From the IMG/VR virus record IMGVR_UViG_2675903278_000002: a stretch of DNA of 64,000 nt, one strand, 5' to 3'. Positions within the stretch are counted from its first letter, which is position 1; each line of letters begins with the position of its first letter. The stretch is from a virus (Duplodnaviria; Heunggongvirae; Uroviricota; Caudoviricetes). Positions 41,647-50,161 of the stretch are shown piece after piece. Under the pieces are notes generated by a model that did no database searches, was not told the DNA's origin, and saw only the letters and a list, made by a program, of their open reading frames with translations. Position numbers and translations under genes: made by a program.

Positions 41647-43221
41647 ATGGAATTGAACGACAAACAAATTAAGGATCTGGTGGCGCGACGCCACCCGGAA
41701 TACGAAAAGAAAAAAGAACATTGGGACTTCCTCGCCAGCACTTACGCTGGCGGGCGTGGTTGGTTTACAGACAATATCTTTCGTTACTTTAAAGAGGGAG
41801 ATCAGGAGTTTAAGGAGCGAGTTGAACGTGCTTATCGCTTCAACCACACTCGTGAGGTGGTAAACCTCATCAACAAATATCTCTTTAAAGAAGACATTCA
41901 TAGAAATATCGAAGAGGCACCAGAGCAGATCCGCAATTTCTGGAAACGTGCGACTCGCCAGAATGCCTCTATTGACTCATTTATGGCCGCTATTGATTTG
42001 CAGTCGTCTATTTACGGTCGCATATGGGTTGTTGTCGATAGCACGATGAGTGGTGATGTTGAGTCAGTAGCTGACGAGAAAAAGAAAGATGCTCGCGCCT
42101 ACGCCTACTGGATTTCACCTCAGCAAATGCTGGATGTGGCATGGGACGACGACGGGAATATGTTGTGGGCGTTAATTGTGGAAGTCGCTCGTGATGACGC
42201 AGATCCTTTTACTTCTACAGGTCAGGAATACCAACGTTATCGTCTGTGGACACAAAACGAGTGGTATCTGTTCCGTGAGGAAGTGAAGAAGGGCGCTGGT
42301 GGAGCAGGTCGCCGTCAGGCAAAAGTTATTTTAGAGGATAGCGGTGAGCATAATCTCGGCGTAGTTCCTGTGTTTCCTGTTGATTGTATTGGAGAAAGTG
42401 AATCACCGTATTTCAGCCCATCGTTGATCGATGATATCGCTTATCTTGATCGTGCGGTTGCAAACTATCTGTCAAACCTTGATGCCATTATTCAGGATCA
42501 GACATTTAGCCAGTTGGCTATACCGGTACAGTCGCTTTTACCTGGTGATGAAAACCACACTAAAGTGCTTGAAATGGGCACAAAGCGAGTATTCACCTAC
42601 GATTCTGAAGGTGGAAACCAGCCGTTTTATCTGTCACCAGACCCGAAACAAGCTCAGATGATCATCACTACGATTAAGACGGTGATTAACGAAATCTACC
42701 ATTCAGTTGGTGTAGCTGGTGAGCGAACGAAGCAGGACAACGCACAGGGAATCGATAATTCATCTGGTGCCGCAAAAATGTATGACTTCCAGCGTGTAAA
42801 TAGCTTGCTTGTCACAAAAGCAGAGCGTCTGGAAAGGGCTGAACGCCAAATCATGCTACTGGTTGCGAAATGGATGGGGGTAGATCTGGACGAAGACCAC
42901 TCTTTAATTGCGTATCCAGAAAGTTTCGATATTCGTGGCCTTACTGATGAATTTTCTGTTGCCGAGAAACTGTCATTACTTCAGGCACCGGACTCTGTAC
43001 GTCGTCACCAGATGGAAATGCTTATTGAGAAGATTTTCCCGAACATTACTGAGGCGATGAAAAAGGAATTTGATAAAGATCTCTTGAATTTTCCTCCAAA
43101 AAATGATCTAAATACCCTTGAAAATAAGTCAGTACTTACTTATGATCGTGGTGCAGCCCAAGAAAGCGGGCAAGATCAACCCCGAGGGAATGGGGACTCA
43201 TCTACTCAAGAGAACGAGTGA
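41647..43221 (+). CDS. Portal protein
   Basis: 524 aa, directly downstream of the large terminase. The call rests on size and synteny. Confidence 0.75.
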   Translation: MELNDKQIKDLVARRHPEYEKKKEHWDFLASTYAGGRGWFTDNIFRYFKEGDQEFKERVERAYRFNHTREVVNLINKYLFKEDIHRNIEEAPEQIRNFWKRATRQNASIDSFMAAIDLQSSIYGRIWVVVDSTMSGDVESVADEKKKDARAYAYWISPQQMLDVAWDDDGNMLWALIVEVARDDADPFTSTGQEYQRYRLWTQNEWYLFREEVKKGAGGAGRRQAKVILEDSGEHNLGVVPVFPVDCIGESESPYFSPSLIDDIAYLDRAVANYLSNLDAIIQDQTFSQLAIPVQSLLPGDENHTKVLEMGTKRVFTYDSEGGNQPFYLSPDPKQAQMIITTIKTVINEIYHSVGVAGERTKQDNAQGIDNSSGAAKMYDFQRVNSLLVTKAERLERAERQIMLLVAKWMGVDLDEDHSLIAYPESFDIRGLTDEFSVAEKLSLLQAPDSVRRHQMEMLIEKIFPNITEAMKKEFDKDLLNFPPKNDLNTLENKSVLTYDRGAAQESGQDQPRGNGDSSTQENE

Positions 43222-43229
43222 TAAGTAAC
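43218..43229. promoter_or_regulatory. Box B half-site
   Basis: GTGATAAGTAAC, containing the portal stop TGA. Confidence 0.35.
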
Positions 43230-43242
43230 AAAAGGAATTTTT

Positions 43243-44130
43243 ATGAATCTGTGGCAAATGCTTTTGGCCCGTCGTGGTCTGATGGATGTCGCTGAAGCGC
43301 ATGAGCGTGGAGGCGCTGGCGGTGTAGCTGCTGATAATGAGCAGAGTACACAAGATCCTGACAAACAGGGTGAACAAAAAGAGCAGCCGAAGGGCGATGA
43401 CGAATACGCTGGCATGACTCAGGAAGAGTTACTGGCCGAACTTCGTAAAACCAAGAAAGCTGGTGCTGAACTGCTGAAGGAGAACATGAAGCGCAAAGAG
43501 AAAGAGCGCACATTGGCCGATCAGCTTGCTCAGTACGGTGATATCGATCCGGCTCGTGCTCGCCAGCTTTTAGAAGCTGAACAGGCCGCAGAAAACGCAC
43601 GTCGTGAGGCGGAGCAAGCTGAACTGGAGCGTCGTGGTGAGTTCGATGCTGTTAAAAAACAGATGATCGAAGCACACCAGGCAGAGCTGGCACAGCGTGA
43701 CGAACGTTATGCAGCACTGGAAAGTGAAAACGCATCACTGAAATCTCAATTAGTCGAGATGACCGTGGGCGCTTCCTTCAGTAACTCTCTCTTCCTACGT
43801 GACAAAGTTCTGATGACCCCGGCAAAAGCCCGCGTGATCTACGGTTCTCATTTTGAAGTGGGTGAAGACGGTAGCGTAGTGGGTTATGACAAACCGGCAG
43901 GTCACAAAGAACGAGCTGTTCTGGTTGACGGTGAAGGTAAGCCGTTGCCGTTTGAATCCGCGATTGAACGCATTGTGCGGGCAGATCCGGAAGCTGACGC
44001 ATTGATGCGTAGCGAAGCCAAGCAGGGTGTAGGCTCACATTCCAAATCGACCTACACAATATCCCAACCGAAGAACAAGTCGACTATGGATAAGTTGGCC
44101 TCCGGTCTGGGGAAAATTGGACTTAAGTAA
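43243..44130 (+). CDS. Scaffolding protein (putative)
   Basis: Lies between the portal and capsid genes. E/A/K/Q/R-rich coiled coil. Confidence 0.65.
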   Translation: MNLWQMLLARRGLMDVAEAHERGGAGGVAADNEQSTQDPDKQGEQKEQPKGDDEYAGMTQEELLAELRKTKKAGAELLKENMKRKEKERTLADQLAQYGDIDPARARQLLEAEQAAENARREAEQAELERRGEFDAVKKQMIEAHQAELAQRDERYAALESENASLKSQLVEMTVGASFSNSLFLRDKVLMTPAKARVIYGSHFEVGEDGSVVGYDKPAGHKERAVLVDGEGKPLPFESAIERIVRADPEADALMRSEAKQGVGSHSKSTYTISQPKNKSTMDKLASGLGKIGLK

Positions 44131-44155
44131 CATCTAAATCAAAGGGAATTGATAG

Positions 44156-45031
44156 ATGCCATTACTGCGTGAAGAAGCTGAAAAGCTGTCTAACAACGAA
44201 CTTGAACAGGGTGTGATCGAAACTATCATCGATCGCGATGACCTGTTTGCCATCCTGCCTTTTATGAAAATTAATTCAAAGGCATATCTGTACAACCGTG
44301 AAAAAACGCTGAGTGAAGCTACCTTCATCGACGTTAACGACACCATCCCTGAAGGTGCAGCAACCTTCGAAGAATGCGTTGCGAAACTGCGTATTCTGGC
44401 TGGTGACGTAGACGTTGATAAATTCCTGGCGACCACTATGGCCGACACCAACAACCAGTTGGCTATTCAGGTTCGTCAGAAAGTTAAAGGTCTGGCTCGT
44501 GCGTTCCGTCGCAACCTGATTTTGGGTGACTCCAGCTCCAACAACAAGGCGTTTGACGGCATTCCACGCCTGATGCACGCAGATCAGAAGATCGATATCG
44601 CCGGTGCATCTATGACTTTCTCTATGTTCGACGAACTGGTCGATGCGGTGAAAGATCTTGGTGCTGACTGCATCATGATGCGTTCAGAGCACCTGCGTGC
44701 TTACCGTGCGCTGCTGCGTACAGTAAACGTAGGTCCGTCTGAAATCATGATGGAGAACTTCGGTCGTCCGATGCTGTGTCATAACGGCGTTCCGTTCATC
44801 ATCAACGACTTCATCCCGACCGATTCTGGCAAAGCAAGCATCTACTGCCTGCATCTGTCAGAAGAGAACGGCGTTACTGGTCTGTATGGCGGCGACAACG
44901 CAGGTATCGTTGTTGAAAACATTGGTACTGTACAGAACAAAGACGCAGTACGTACCCGTGTGAAGTGGTACTGCTCTCTGGCGAATAAGCACGATAAGGC
45001 TATCGCTGCACTGACCAATGTAAAAATTTAA
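44156..45031 (+). CDS. Major capsid protein (HK97-fold type)
   Basis: 291 aa, between the scaffold gene and a strong terminator. The call rests on position and composition. Confidence 0.8.
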   Translation: MPLLREEAEKLSNNELEQGVIETIIDRDDLFAILPFMKINSKAYLYNREKTLSEATFIDVNDTIPEGAATFEECVAKLRILAGDVDVDKFLATTMADTNNQLAIQVRQKVKGLARAFRRNLILGDSSSNNKAFDGIPRLMHADQKIDIAGASMTFSMFDELVDAVKDLGADCIMMRSEHLRAYRALLRTVNVGPSEIMMENFGRPMLCHNGVPFIINDFIPTDSGKASIYCLHLSEENGVTGLYGGDNAGIVVENIGTVQNKDAVRTRVKWYCSLANKHDKAIAALTNVKI

Positions 45032-45036
45032 TCAGT

Positions 45037-45060
45037 GTAGTAGATAAGTAGTTATCTATG
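45037..45060. promoter_or_regulatory. Box B palindrome-family copy
   Basis: GTAGTAGATAAGTAGTTATCTATG. Confidence 0.5.
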
Positions 45061-45062
45061 TT

Positions 45063-45092
45063 AAAGGGTGGGCTATACGCCCACCCTTTTTG
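45063..45092 (+). terminator. Rho-independent terminator after the capsid gene
   Basis: GGGTGGGC-tatac-GCCCACCC followed by TTTTT. Confidence 0.9.
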
Positions 45093-45104
45093 TAGGAGCG
45101 AGAA

Positions 45105-46025
45105 ATGCCAGAACAAAAGATGAAGATTACGGAAGAGGCATTTTCGGATTTTACGGGGCATATGTGCCGTGCCGGATTTACCAATTCTATCTCCGATCAA
45201 CCTTTAACTGAGCGGCAACAAAGTCAGCTATCTGCTTGTTTGCAGGCGGTTCCCCTCTCCCAATCCGTAAACATAACCCCGGCTTCACCGTCAGTTTTGG
45301 TTGGGAAAACTGTTCAACTTAGTGCAGGTATTAGTATGGGTAAGAGTGCCAGTTCATTCACCTGGAAGTCAGCCAATGACCAAATTGCAACCGTTAACGG
45401 CACTGGATTAGTAACTGGCGTAGCACCAGGCAAAGTAAAAATTACTGCAACTGATCAGGAAACCCAGCTTTCCGCTTCAGTGGAAGTCACCGTAAATCCG
45501 GTAGCCGTTCAATCCGTAACGGTAACGCCAGAATCAACGTCTGTTGAGAAAGGGAAATCAGTCAGTCTGAAAGCGAATGTTCAGCCGTCAAATGCGACGA
45601 ATAAGGCTGTTACCTGGTCTTCCAAAAATGAAGATAAGGCAACGGTAGACCAGAGCGGGAACGTTACTGGTGTAGAAGTTGGCACTGCGACGATTGAGAT
45701 CGTTTCCCAAGATGGCAGCAAAAAGGCAACTGCAACGGTGGAAGTAACTGCGCCTGTTGTGGCTGTTACCGGCGTCGAAATCGACCCAAATAGCACAACC
45801 GTTGAGGCAAACAAAACTGTTCAGCTGACCGCAAATGTCGAGCCGGCAGGAGCAACAAATAAAACCGTTACTTGGGAATCCAAAAATACCGAGTTTGCAA
45901 CGGTGGATAGCGAAACCGGTGTTGTAACTGGCGTTGCGGCTGGTACTGCCACAATCGAGGTTACTACCCAAGATGGTAGCCACAAAGCGACAGCGACCGT
46001 AGAAGTCACTGCTGCACAGGAATAA
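45105..46025 (+). CDS. Ig-like (Big_2-type) triple-domain protein, probable capsid decoration
   Basis: Three repeats of the pattern V.V.P.S..V..GK.V.L.A.V.P..ATNK.V.W.S.N...ATVD..G.VTGV..G.A.I. Confidence 0.7.
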   Translation: MPEQKMKITEEAFSDFTGHMCRAGFTNSISDQPLTERQQSQLSACLQAVPLSQSVNITPASPSVLVGKTVQLSAGISMGKSASSFTWKSANDQIATVNGTGLVTGVAPGKVKITATDQETQLSASVEVTVNPVAVQSVTVTPESTSVEKGKSVSLKANVQPSNATNKAVTWSSKNEDKATVDQSGNVTGVEVGTATIEIVSQDGSKKATATVEVTAPVVAVTGVEIDPNSTTVEANKTVQLTANVEPAGATNKTVTWESKNTEFATVDSETGVVTGVAAGTATIEVTTQDGSHKATATVEVTAAQE

Positions 46026-46069
46026 TCAATATTGGGCGGCGAAAGCCGCCCATGTAGAGAGAATGCGTT

Positions 46070-46504
46070 ATGAAACCAGCAAAAATTGTTTTATTAGAAC
46101 CGCAATTTTCCGGTTATTCGGGAATGTTGTGCGGCGTTCAGTTCGAGAACGGGGTGTCCGTAGCGGAGTTGCCTTTTATCGATCAGCAAAGGATTTGTGC
46201 CTCAATGCGAGCATCAACAGTCGAGGGCAAAAATGTTTCTCCGTCTGCCGCATACAGTGATCGTGGCGAGTTGACCGCAGACCTGATTACCGAGCCAGCA
46301 GCACCTGACATTGTGCCAATGAAACGTGGGACACCAGATGAACCGGCCAAACAGATCCAGACTTTCACACGAGAAGAGTTGGAGTCAATTGCAGACAATG
46401 AAGGCATTGCCGGTCTACGTGTGATTGGTAATCAGGTTGGTGTCAAAGCGAAAGGAATTGTCGAGATGATTGAAGGCATCCTGAAAGCACAAGGCGGTGA
46501 GTAA
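46070..46504 (+). CDS. Hypothetical head-module protein
   Basis: 144 aa. Has a C-terminal HeH/Rho-N-like segment FTREELESIADNEGIAGLRV. Confidence 0.5.
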   Translation: MKPAKIVLLEPQFSGYSGMLCGVQFENGVSVAELPFIDQQRICASMRASTVEGKNVSPSAAYSDRGELTADLITEPAAPDIVPMKRGTPDEPAKQIQTFTREELESIADNEGIAGLRVIGNQVGVKAKGIVEMIEGILKAQGGE

Positions 46505-47337
46505 TGGCGCAGATCGACTCGTATCGTAGCGGTGAAGCTGTTTCCCTTTCATTTGCCTTCAACGTGCTGGATATCGAATCTGCTACCTACACAGTAAAGG
46601 ACAGCACCGGGGCTATTCTCGTTGATGGCGAGCCGCTAGAAATTACCAGCGGTCAAATGTCGATTCCGGTTGTCGTGTCGGCTGAATATAACCAGCTCTC
46701 TGAGAAAGAACGCGATCTGCGGTACGTCATTGTGAAGGCTGTTGCATCGGGTCTGACGCATGAAGAGCGGCAAATGTATGTTCTGCTGAATAGTTTTGAA
46801 CTGTCGATACCAGAACAGTCGTTTGCAACTGTCGCTGATGCTCAAATGCAAGCGATCGATATGCTGAATGGGGACACTTTGCTGTCGGATGGTGAAGGCT
46901 TAATGCGCAAGCGTCTCATTGAGGCTACCAGACGAATTAAAACTTTACCGTTCTCAATCCGCAAAATTCTACGTATCGACTTTGACCGATACGATCGCCC
47001 TCAAAATATGCTGAATGTGTATGACATTCCGTGGGGAGCAGATGGAGCGTACCGGCATGATTTAGTCGATTGGGAAAAGATGACGCAGGAGAAGTTTGAA
47101 GAGTTCCCTGACTACTTCAAAGAAGCGTTGATGCTTGCCGTTGTCAACGAAGCGTGTGAGATCGCAAATGGCAATGATGTTGCCGCAGCACGAGAGGATG
47201 GCATTTTGTCAGAGTCAATCGGTGAAACAACCAACATGTACCGTACCGGTAAAGCTGCAAACGTGCATGTGGCTCGCAGTACCTGGCGCTTGCTGGTCAG
47301 TTACATCAACAACCGTATGATTGTTCGCCGTGCGTAA
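46504..47337 (+). CDS. Hypothetical head-completion/connector protein
   Basis: TAATG coupling. The call rests on synteny only. Confidence 0.45.
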   Translation: MAQIDSYRSGEAVSLSFAFNVLDIESATYTVKDSTGAILVDGEPLEITSGQMSIPVVVSAEYNQLSEKERDLRYVIVKAVASGLTHEERQMYVLLNSFELSIPEQSFATVADAQMQAIDMLNGDTLLSDGEGLMRKRLIEATRRIKTLPFSIRKILRIDFDRYDRPQNMLNVYDIPWGADGAYRHDLVDWEKMTQEKFEEFPDYFKEALMLAVVNEACEIANGNDVAAAREDGILSESIGETTNMYRTGKAANVHVARSTWRLLVSYINNRMIVRRA

Positions 47338-47416
47338 CGCCAGTCGCATTATTTACTTTTGGTCGAAAGGGTTTTTGGCCAGTAATGAGAGCGACCGACA
47401 ACAACAGAGAGAGAGC

Positions 47417-47761
47417 ATGAATATTTCGTGGCAAACAGAAATTGCGATCTACCGCTTTGGCGCAAAGAACGTTTACGGCGAGGCGCAATTACAATTCGTC
47501 AGGAAGACGAATGTCGGCGTGGTTAAGTTCGAACAGAGTAATGAGAAATCGTCAGTTCGTGCTGATAGCTCTGGTAGTCGTGGTAAGGCGAGTCTGGAGC
47601 TGTTTGATGCTGTGTTAGTTGTCCCTTTAGAAGCGGCTGTACAACTTGATGATGTGCTGATCCTTGAAGGTCAAAAATTAAAGGTGTCCAGTGTTCATCG
47701 CCGCTGGGGGCTACGAGGAAGACCTGGGCATCTTGAAGTAGGGGCGAATATATGGGTCTGA
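47417..47761 (+). CDS. Hypothetical head-tail joining protein
   Basis: ATG 47417 follows a purine-rich AGAGAGAGAG stretch. The call rests on synteny only. Confidence 0.45.
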   Translation: MNISWQTEIAIYRFGAKNVYGEAQLQFVRKTNVGVVKFEQSNEKSSVRADSSGSRGKASLELFDAVLVVPLEAAVQLDDVLILEGQKLKVSSVHRRWGLRGRPGHLEVGANIWV

Positions 47762-48225
47762 AATACGATGCGCATCAGTTCAAACGTGCGGGGAATCGAC
47801 TCAACAACAGCCAGAAAGCATTTAAGCGATATCTTATCCGGGACATGGAAAAGCTGGCGCGTTTGGTTGAGCGTCTCAGCCGTGCAATGGCCCCGCTGGA
47901 AACCGGATCTCTGGAGACAGCCATCTTTGCCAGGGTGATTAAAGAAGGTTATTCAGGGCTGCGTATTGAGCTTTCTGTGTCTGGAGCAAAACCACGTCAG
48001 GGGCATCCGGGCGTAGAAGTAGGTGACTATGCTAAGTACATGGAGCTGGGTAAATACCGACTCGGTTATCTTTCTCGAATGAAGAACGTGACAAACCCAC
48101 CAATTGCCGGTGTTAAACCCCGTGTTGGGCCACACTTTCTGGAAAGAGCGGTGGAAATTAGCGAGAAGCAGTTCTCAGAAGCGATTCTTGAGGCTGCCAG
48201 AAAAGCCGGATTTACGAGAGGTTAA
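47752..48225 (+). CDS. HK97 gp10-like tail-completion protein
   Basis: GDYAKYMELG...GPHFLERAV resembles the gp10-family motif (YA.YVEFG...PFLRPA). Confidence 0.6.
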   Translation: MGLKYDAHQFKRAGNRLNNSQKAFKRYLIRDMEKLARLVERLSRAMAPLETGSLETAIFARVIKEGYSGLRIELSVSGAKPRQGHPGVEVGDYAKYMELGKYRLGYLSRMKNVTNPPIAGVKPRVGPHFLERAVEISEKQFSEAILEAARKAGFTRG

Positions 48226-48226
48226 T

Positions 48227-48610
48227 GTGTTTATTGAAGCGTTTGCAAGTTTGATGCAGAAGGCAAAGATTGGCACGGTCGGGACTGACATTTTCTGTCA
48301 CTACTTGCCTGCCAATGTGAAATCTGGCGTCCTGCTTATTAACCCAAATACCGGCATCAGCATCGATCATGAGCTACAGGGCTTTTATCACGAATCATTC
48401 ACAATCATTGTGCGTGGTTCGTCAATTACTACGACGGTTGAGAAAGCCCATAAAATCATTGAGATGTTTCCAGTAGAGGAAACGGAATCTGGTGGTGTTT
48501 ATTTTCGACTTGTACGACCGATGGCGATGCCAATCATTTATCCCAAAAATGATGGGGCATTAATAGAAGCAGGCATTCCTGTTGAATTTGCTGGCTATTT
48601 ATTGAATTAA
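48227..48610 (+). CDS. Tail terminator-like protein (gpU position)
   Basis: GTG 48227 has GAGAGG 6 nt upstream. 127 aa, immediately before the tube gene. Confidence 0.5.
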   Translation: MFIEAFASLMQKAKIGTVGTDIFCHYLPANVKSGVLLINPNTGISIDHELQGFYHESFTIIVRGSSITTTVEKAHKIIEMFPVEETESGGVYFRLVRPMAMPIIYPKNDGALIEAGIPVEFAGYLLN

Positions 48611-48617
48611 CTCAATT

Positions 48618-48636
48618 GGTAAGTATATACTTACTA
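48618..48636. promoter_or_regulatory. Box B palindrome copy (perfect)
   Basis: GG-TAAGTATATACTTA-CTA, a perfect 14-bp palindrome. Confidence 0.6.
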
Positions 48637-48684
48637 TTAGCGCAATGAATGCGTAGAATTAACGGAAAAAGGAGTTTTCCATCA

Positions 48685-49431
48685 ATGTCTAATACCCATG
48701 TAAAAAACATCAAACTTGGTGCCTGTAAGGTGTCGTTTGGTGGTGTGGATTTGGGTTACACCAAAGGTGGTGTTCAGGTTGAAGTAGCCACTGAAACGCT
48801 GAAAGTCACCGTCGATCAGTTGGGGCAGACCGTAATTTCCGAATTAGTTCAGGGGCGCAACATTACCATCACCGCGCCTCTGGCTGAGTCTGTACTCCAA
48901 AACATGGTTGACCTGATGCCTGGTTCTACTCTGAGCGAAGATGACAACTCTGTCACGATCACATCTGCACAGGGCGTTAACCTGATTGATGTGGCGAAGG
49001 AGCTGGTTCTGACTCCGCAGGACACCACCGACTATGTGTTGACCATCCCGAAAGCGGCAACCGCGGGCAACTTCACTATGACCTACCAGTCTGATGATGT
49101 TCGTGTGTTCTCTGTTCAGTTCAGCGCATACCCGGATGATGAAGGCGTTCTGGGCAAAATGAGCGGTCCTAAACCGGTAAAAACTGTGTCGATCTCACCG
49201 GAATCTCCAACCGTAAAAGCTGGAGAAACTGTGCAACTGACAGCCGAAATCACTCCAGCTGATGCCGCAGACAAAACCGGTGTTTGGGAATCCGAAGACC
49301 AGGAAAAGGCCACGGTAGATCAAACGGGTCTGGTACGTGGTGTGGCGCAGGGTTCTACAAATATCTCCTTCACCAGCAATAGCGGTGGTAAGAAGGCAAC
49401 TAAGTCAGTAACGATTAACCCCGCAGATTAA
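48685..49431 (+). CDS. Major tail tube protein with C-terminal Ig-like (Big_2) domain
   Basis: AAGGAG upstream (the track start at 48649 remains possible). The C-terminus ISPESPTVKAGETVQLTAEITPADAADKTGVWESEDQEKATVDQTGLVRGV is Big_2-like. A terminator follows. Confidence 0.75.
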   Translation: MSNTHVKNIKLGACKVSFGGVDLGYTKGGVQVEVATETLKVTVDQLGQTVISELVQGRNITITAPLAESVLQNMVDLMPGSTLSEDDNSVTITSAQGVNLIDVAKELVLTPQDTTDYVLTIPKAATAGNFTMTYQSDDVRVFSVQFSAYPDDEGVLGKMSGPKPVKTVSISPESPTVKAGETVQLTAEITPADAADKTGVWESEDQEKATVDQTGLVRGVAQGSTNISFTSNSGGKKATKSVTINPAD

Positions 49432-49444
49432 TCAGTAATTAAGC

Positions 49445-49470
49445 AGAGGCTCAGGATGGGCCTCTCTTTT
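49445..49470 (+). terminator. Rho-independent terminator after the tube gene
   Basis: AGAGGC-n9-GCCTCT followed by CTTTT. Confidence 0.7.
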
Positions 49471-49486
49471 AAAAGGATTTTAACCA

Positions 49487-49804
49487 ATGACCAAATTACT
49501 CGATCTCGATTCCATTCTGCCTCCGAAGAAAAGCATCAAATTTGGCGGTCAGGAATATCCCATCGTTGAAATGACGGTAGGTCTGTTCGTTTCCATCAAG
49601 CAGATGGAAGGCAAAGATCTCATGAACATGTCTCCTGTTGAGCAAGTGACAGCTTATGCAGATCTGGTTCGTAAGGTTATCCCTTCAGTACCTGACGAAG
49701 TTCTTGAAAAACTGACTGTTCCGCAACTCCAGCAGATCTTCACCTTCGCTATGGAAGTGATTGATGAAGAAAACGAAAAAGCGGCTGGCGAAGGGGCAAA
49801 GTAA
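49487..49804 (+). CDS. Tail assembly chaperone (gpG-like)
   Basis: 105 aa with an acidic C-terminus. Lies between the tube and tape-measure genes. Confidence 0.7.
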   Translation: MTKLLDLDSILPPKKSIKFGGQEYPIVEMTVGLFVSIKQMEGKDLMNMSPVEQVTAYADLVRKVIPSVPDEVLEKLTVPQLQQIFTFAMEVIDEENEKAAGEGAK

Positions 49805-50154
49805 TTTCCCGCGATGAATCCGGGACAAGGACCGTCTCAATAGATCTCGGATTCTATTTCAGTCGTGTAGTTGCTCACTACGCCGTGTCGCCATTAGAGC
49901 TACTGAACGTTCCTCTCACGATGTTCTGGATGCTCAGTCGCAATATAGACCGTCTGCGTGCGGAAGAGGATGTCCGCAACTTACAAGTCGCTCGTGCGTC
50001 CCAGGCGGATGGCGAGGCTGTGAAGGCGTTCATGGAGGGTTTGCAACTCAGGATTGGAAGACCAGTCGTAACAGATAAAGTCTACGATCCAAGCCAGGAT
50101 AAGGCAGACCCTGACGCCAAAGAGCAACTGATGCAAATATTTGGCAGAGGATGA
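49768..50154 (+). CDS. -1 frame extension (gpT-like part of a G-T fusion chaperone)
   Basis: This frame is -1 relative to the G frame and is open from 49768. The two frames overlap over 49768-49804. The ORF ends 8 nt before the tape-measure ATG. Confidence 0.55.
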   Translation, partial: RKRKSGWRRGKVISRDESGTRTVSIDLGFYFSRVVAHYAVSPLELLNVPLTMFWMLSRNIDRLRAEEDVRNLQVARASQADGEAVKAFMEGLQLRIGRPVVTDKVYDPSQDKADPDAKEQLMQIFGRG

Positions 50155-50161
50155 CAAGGGA

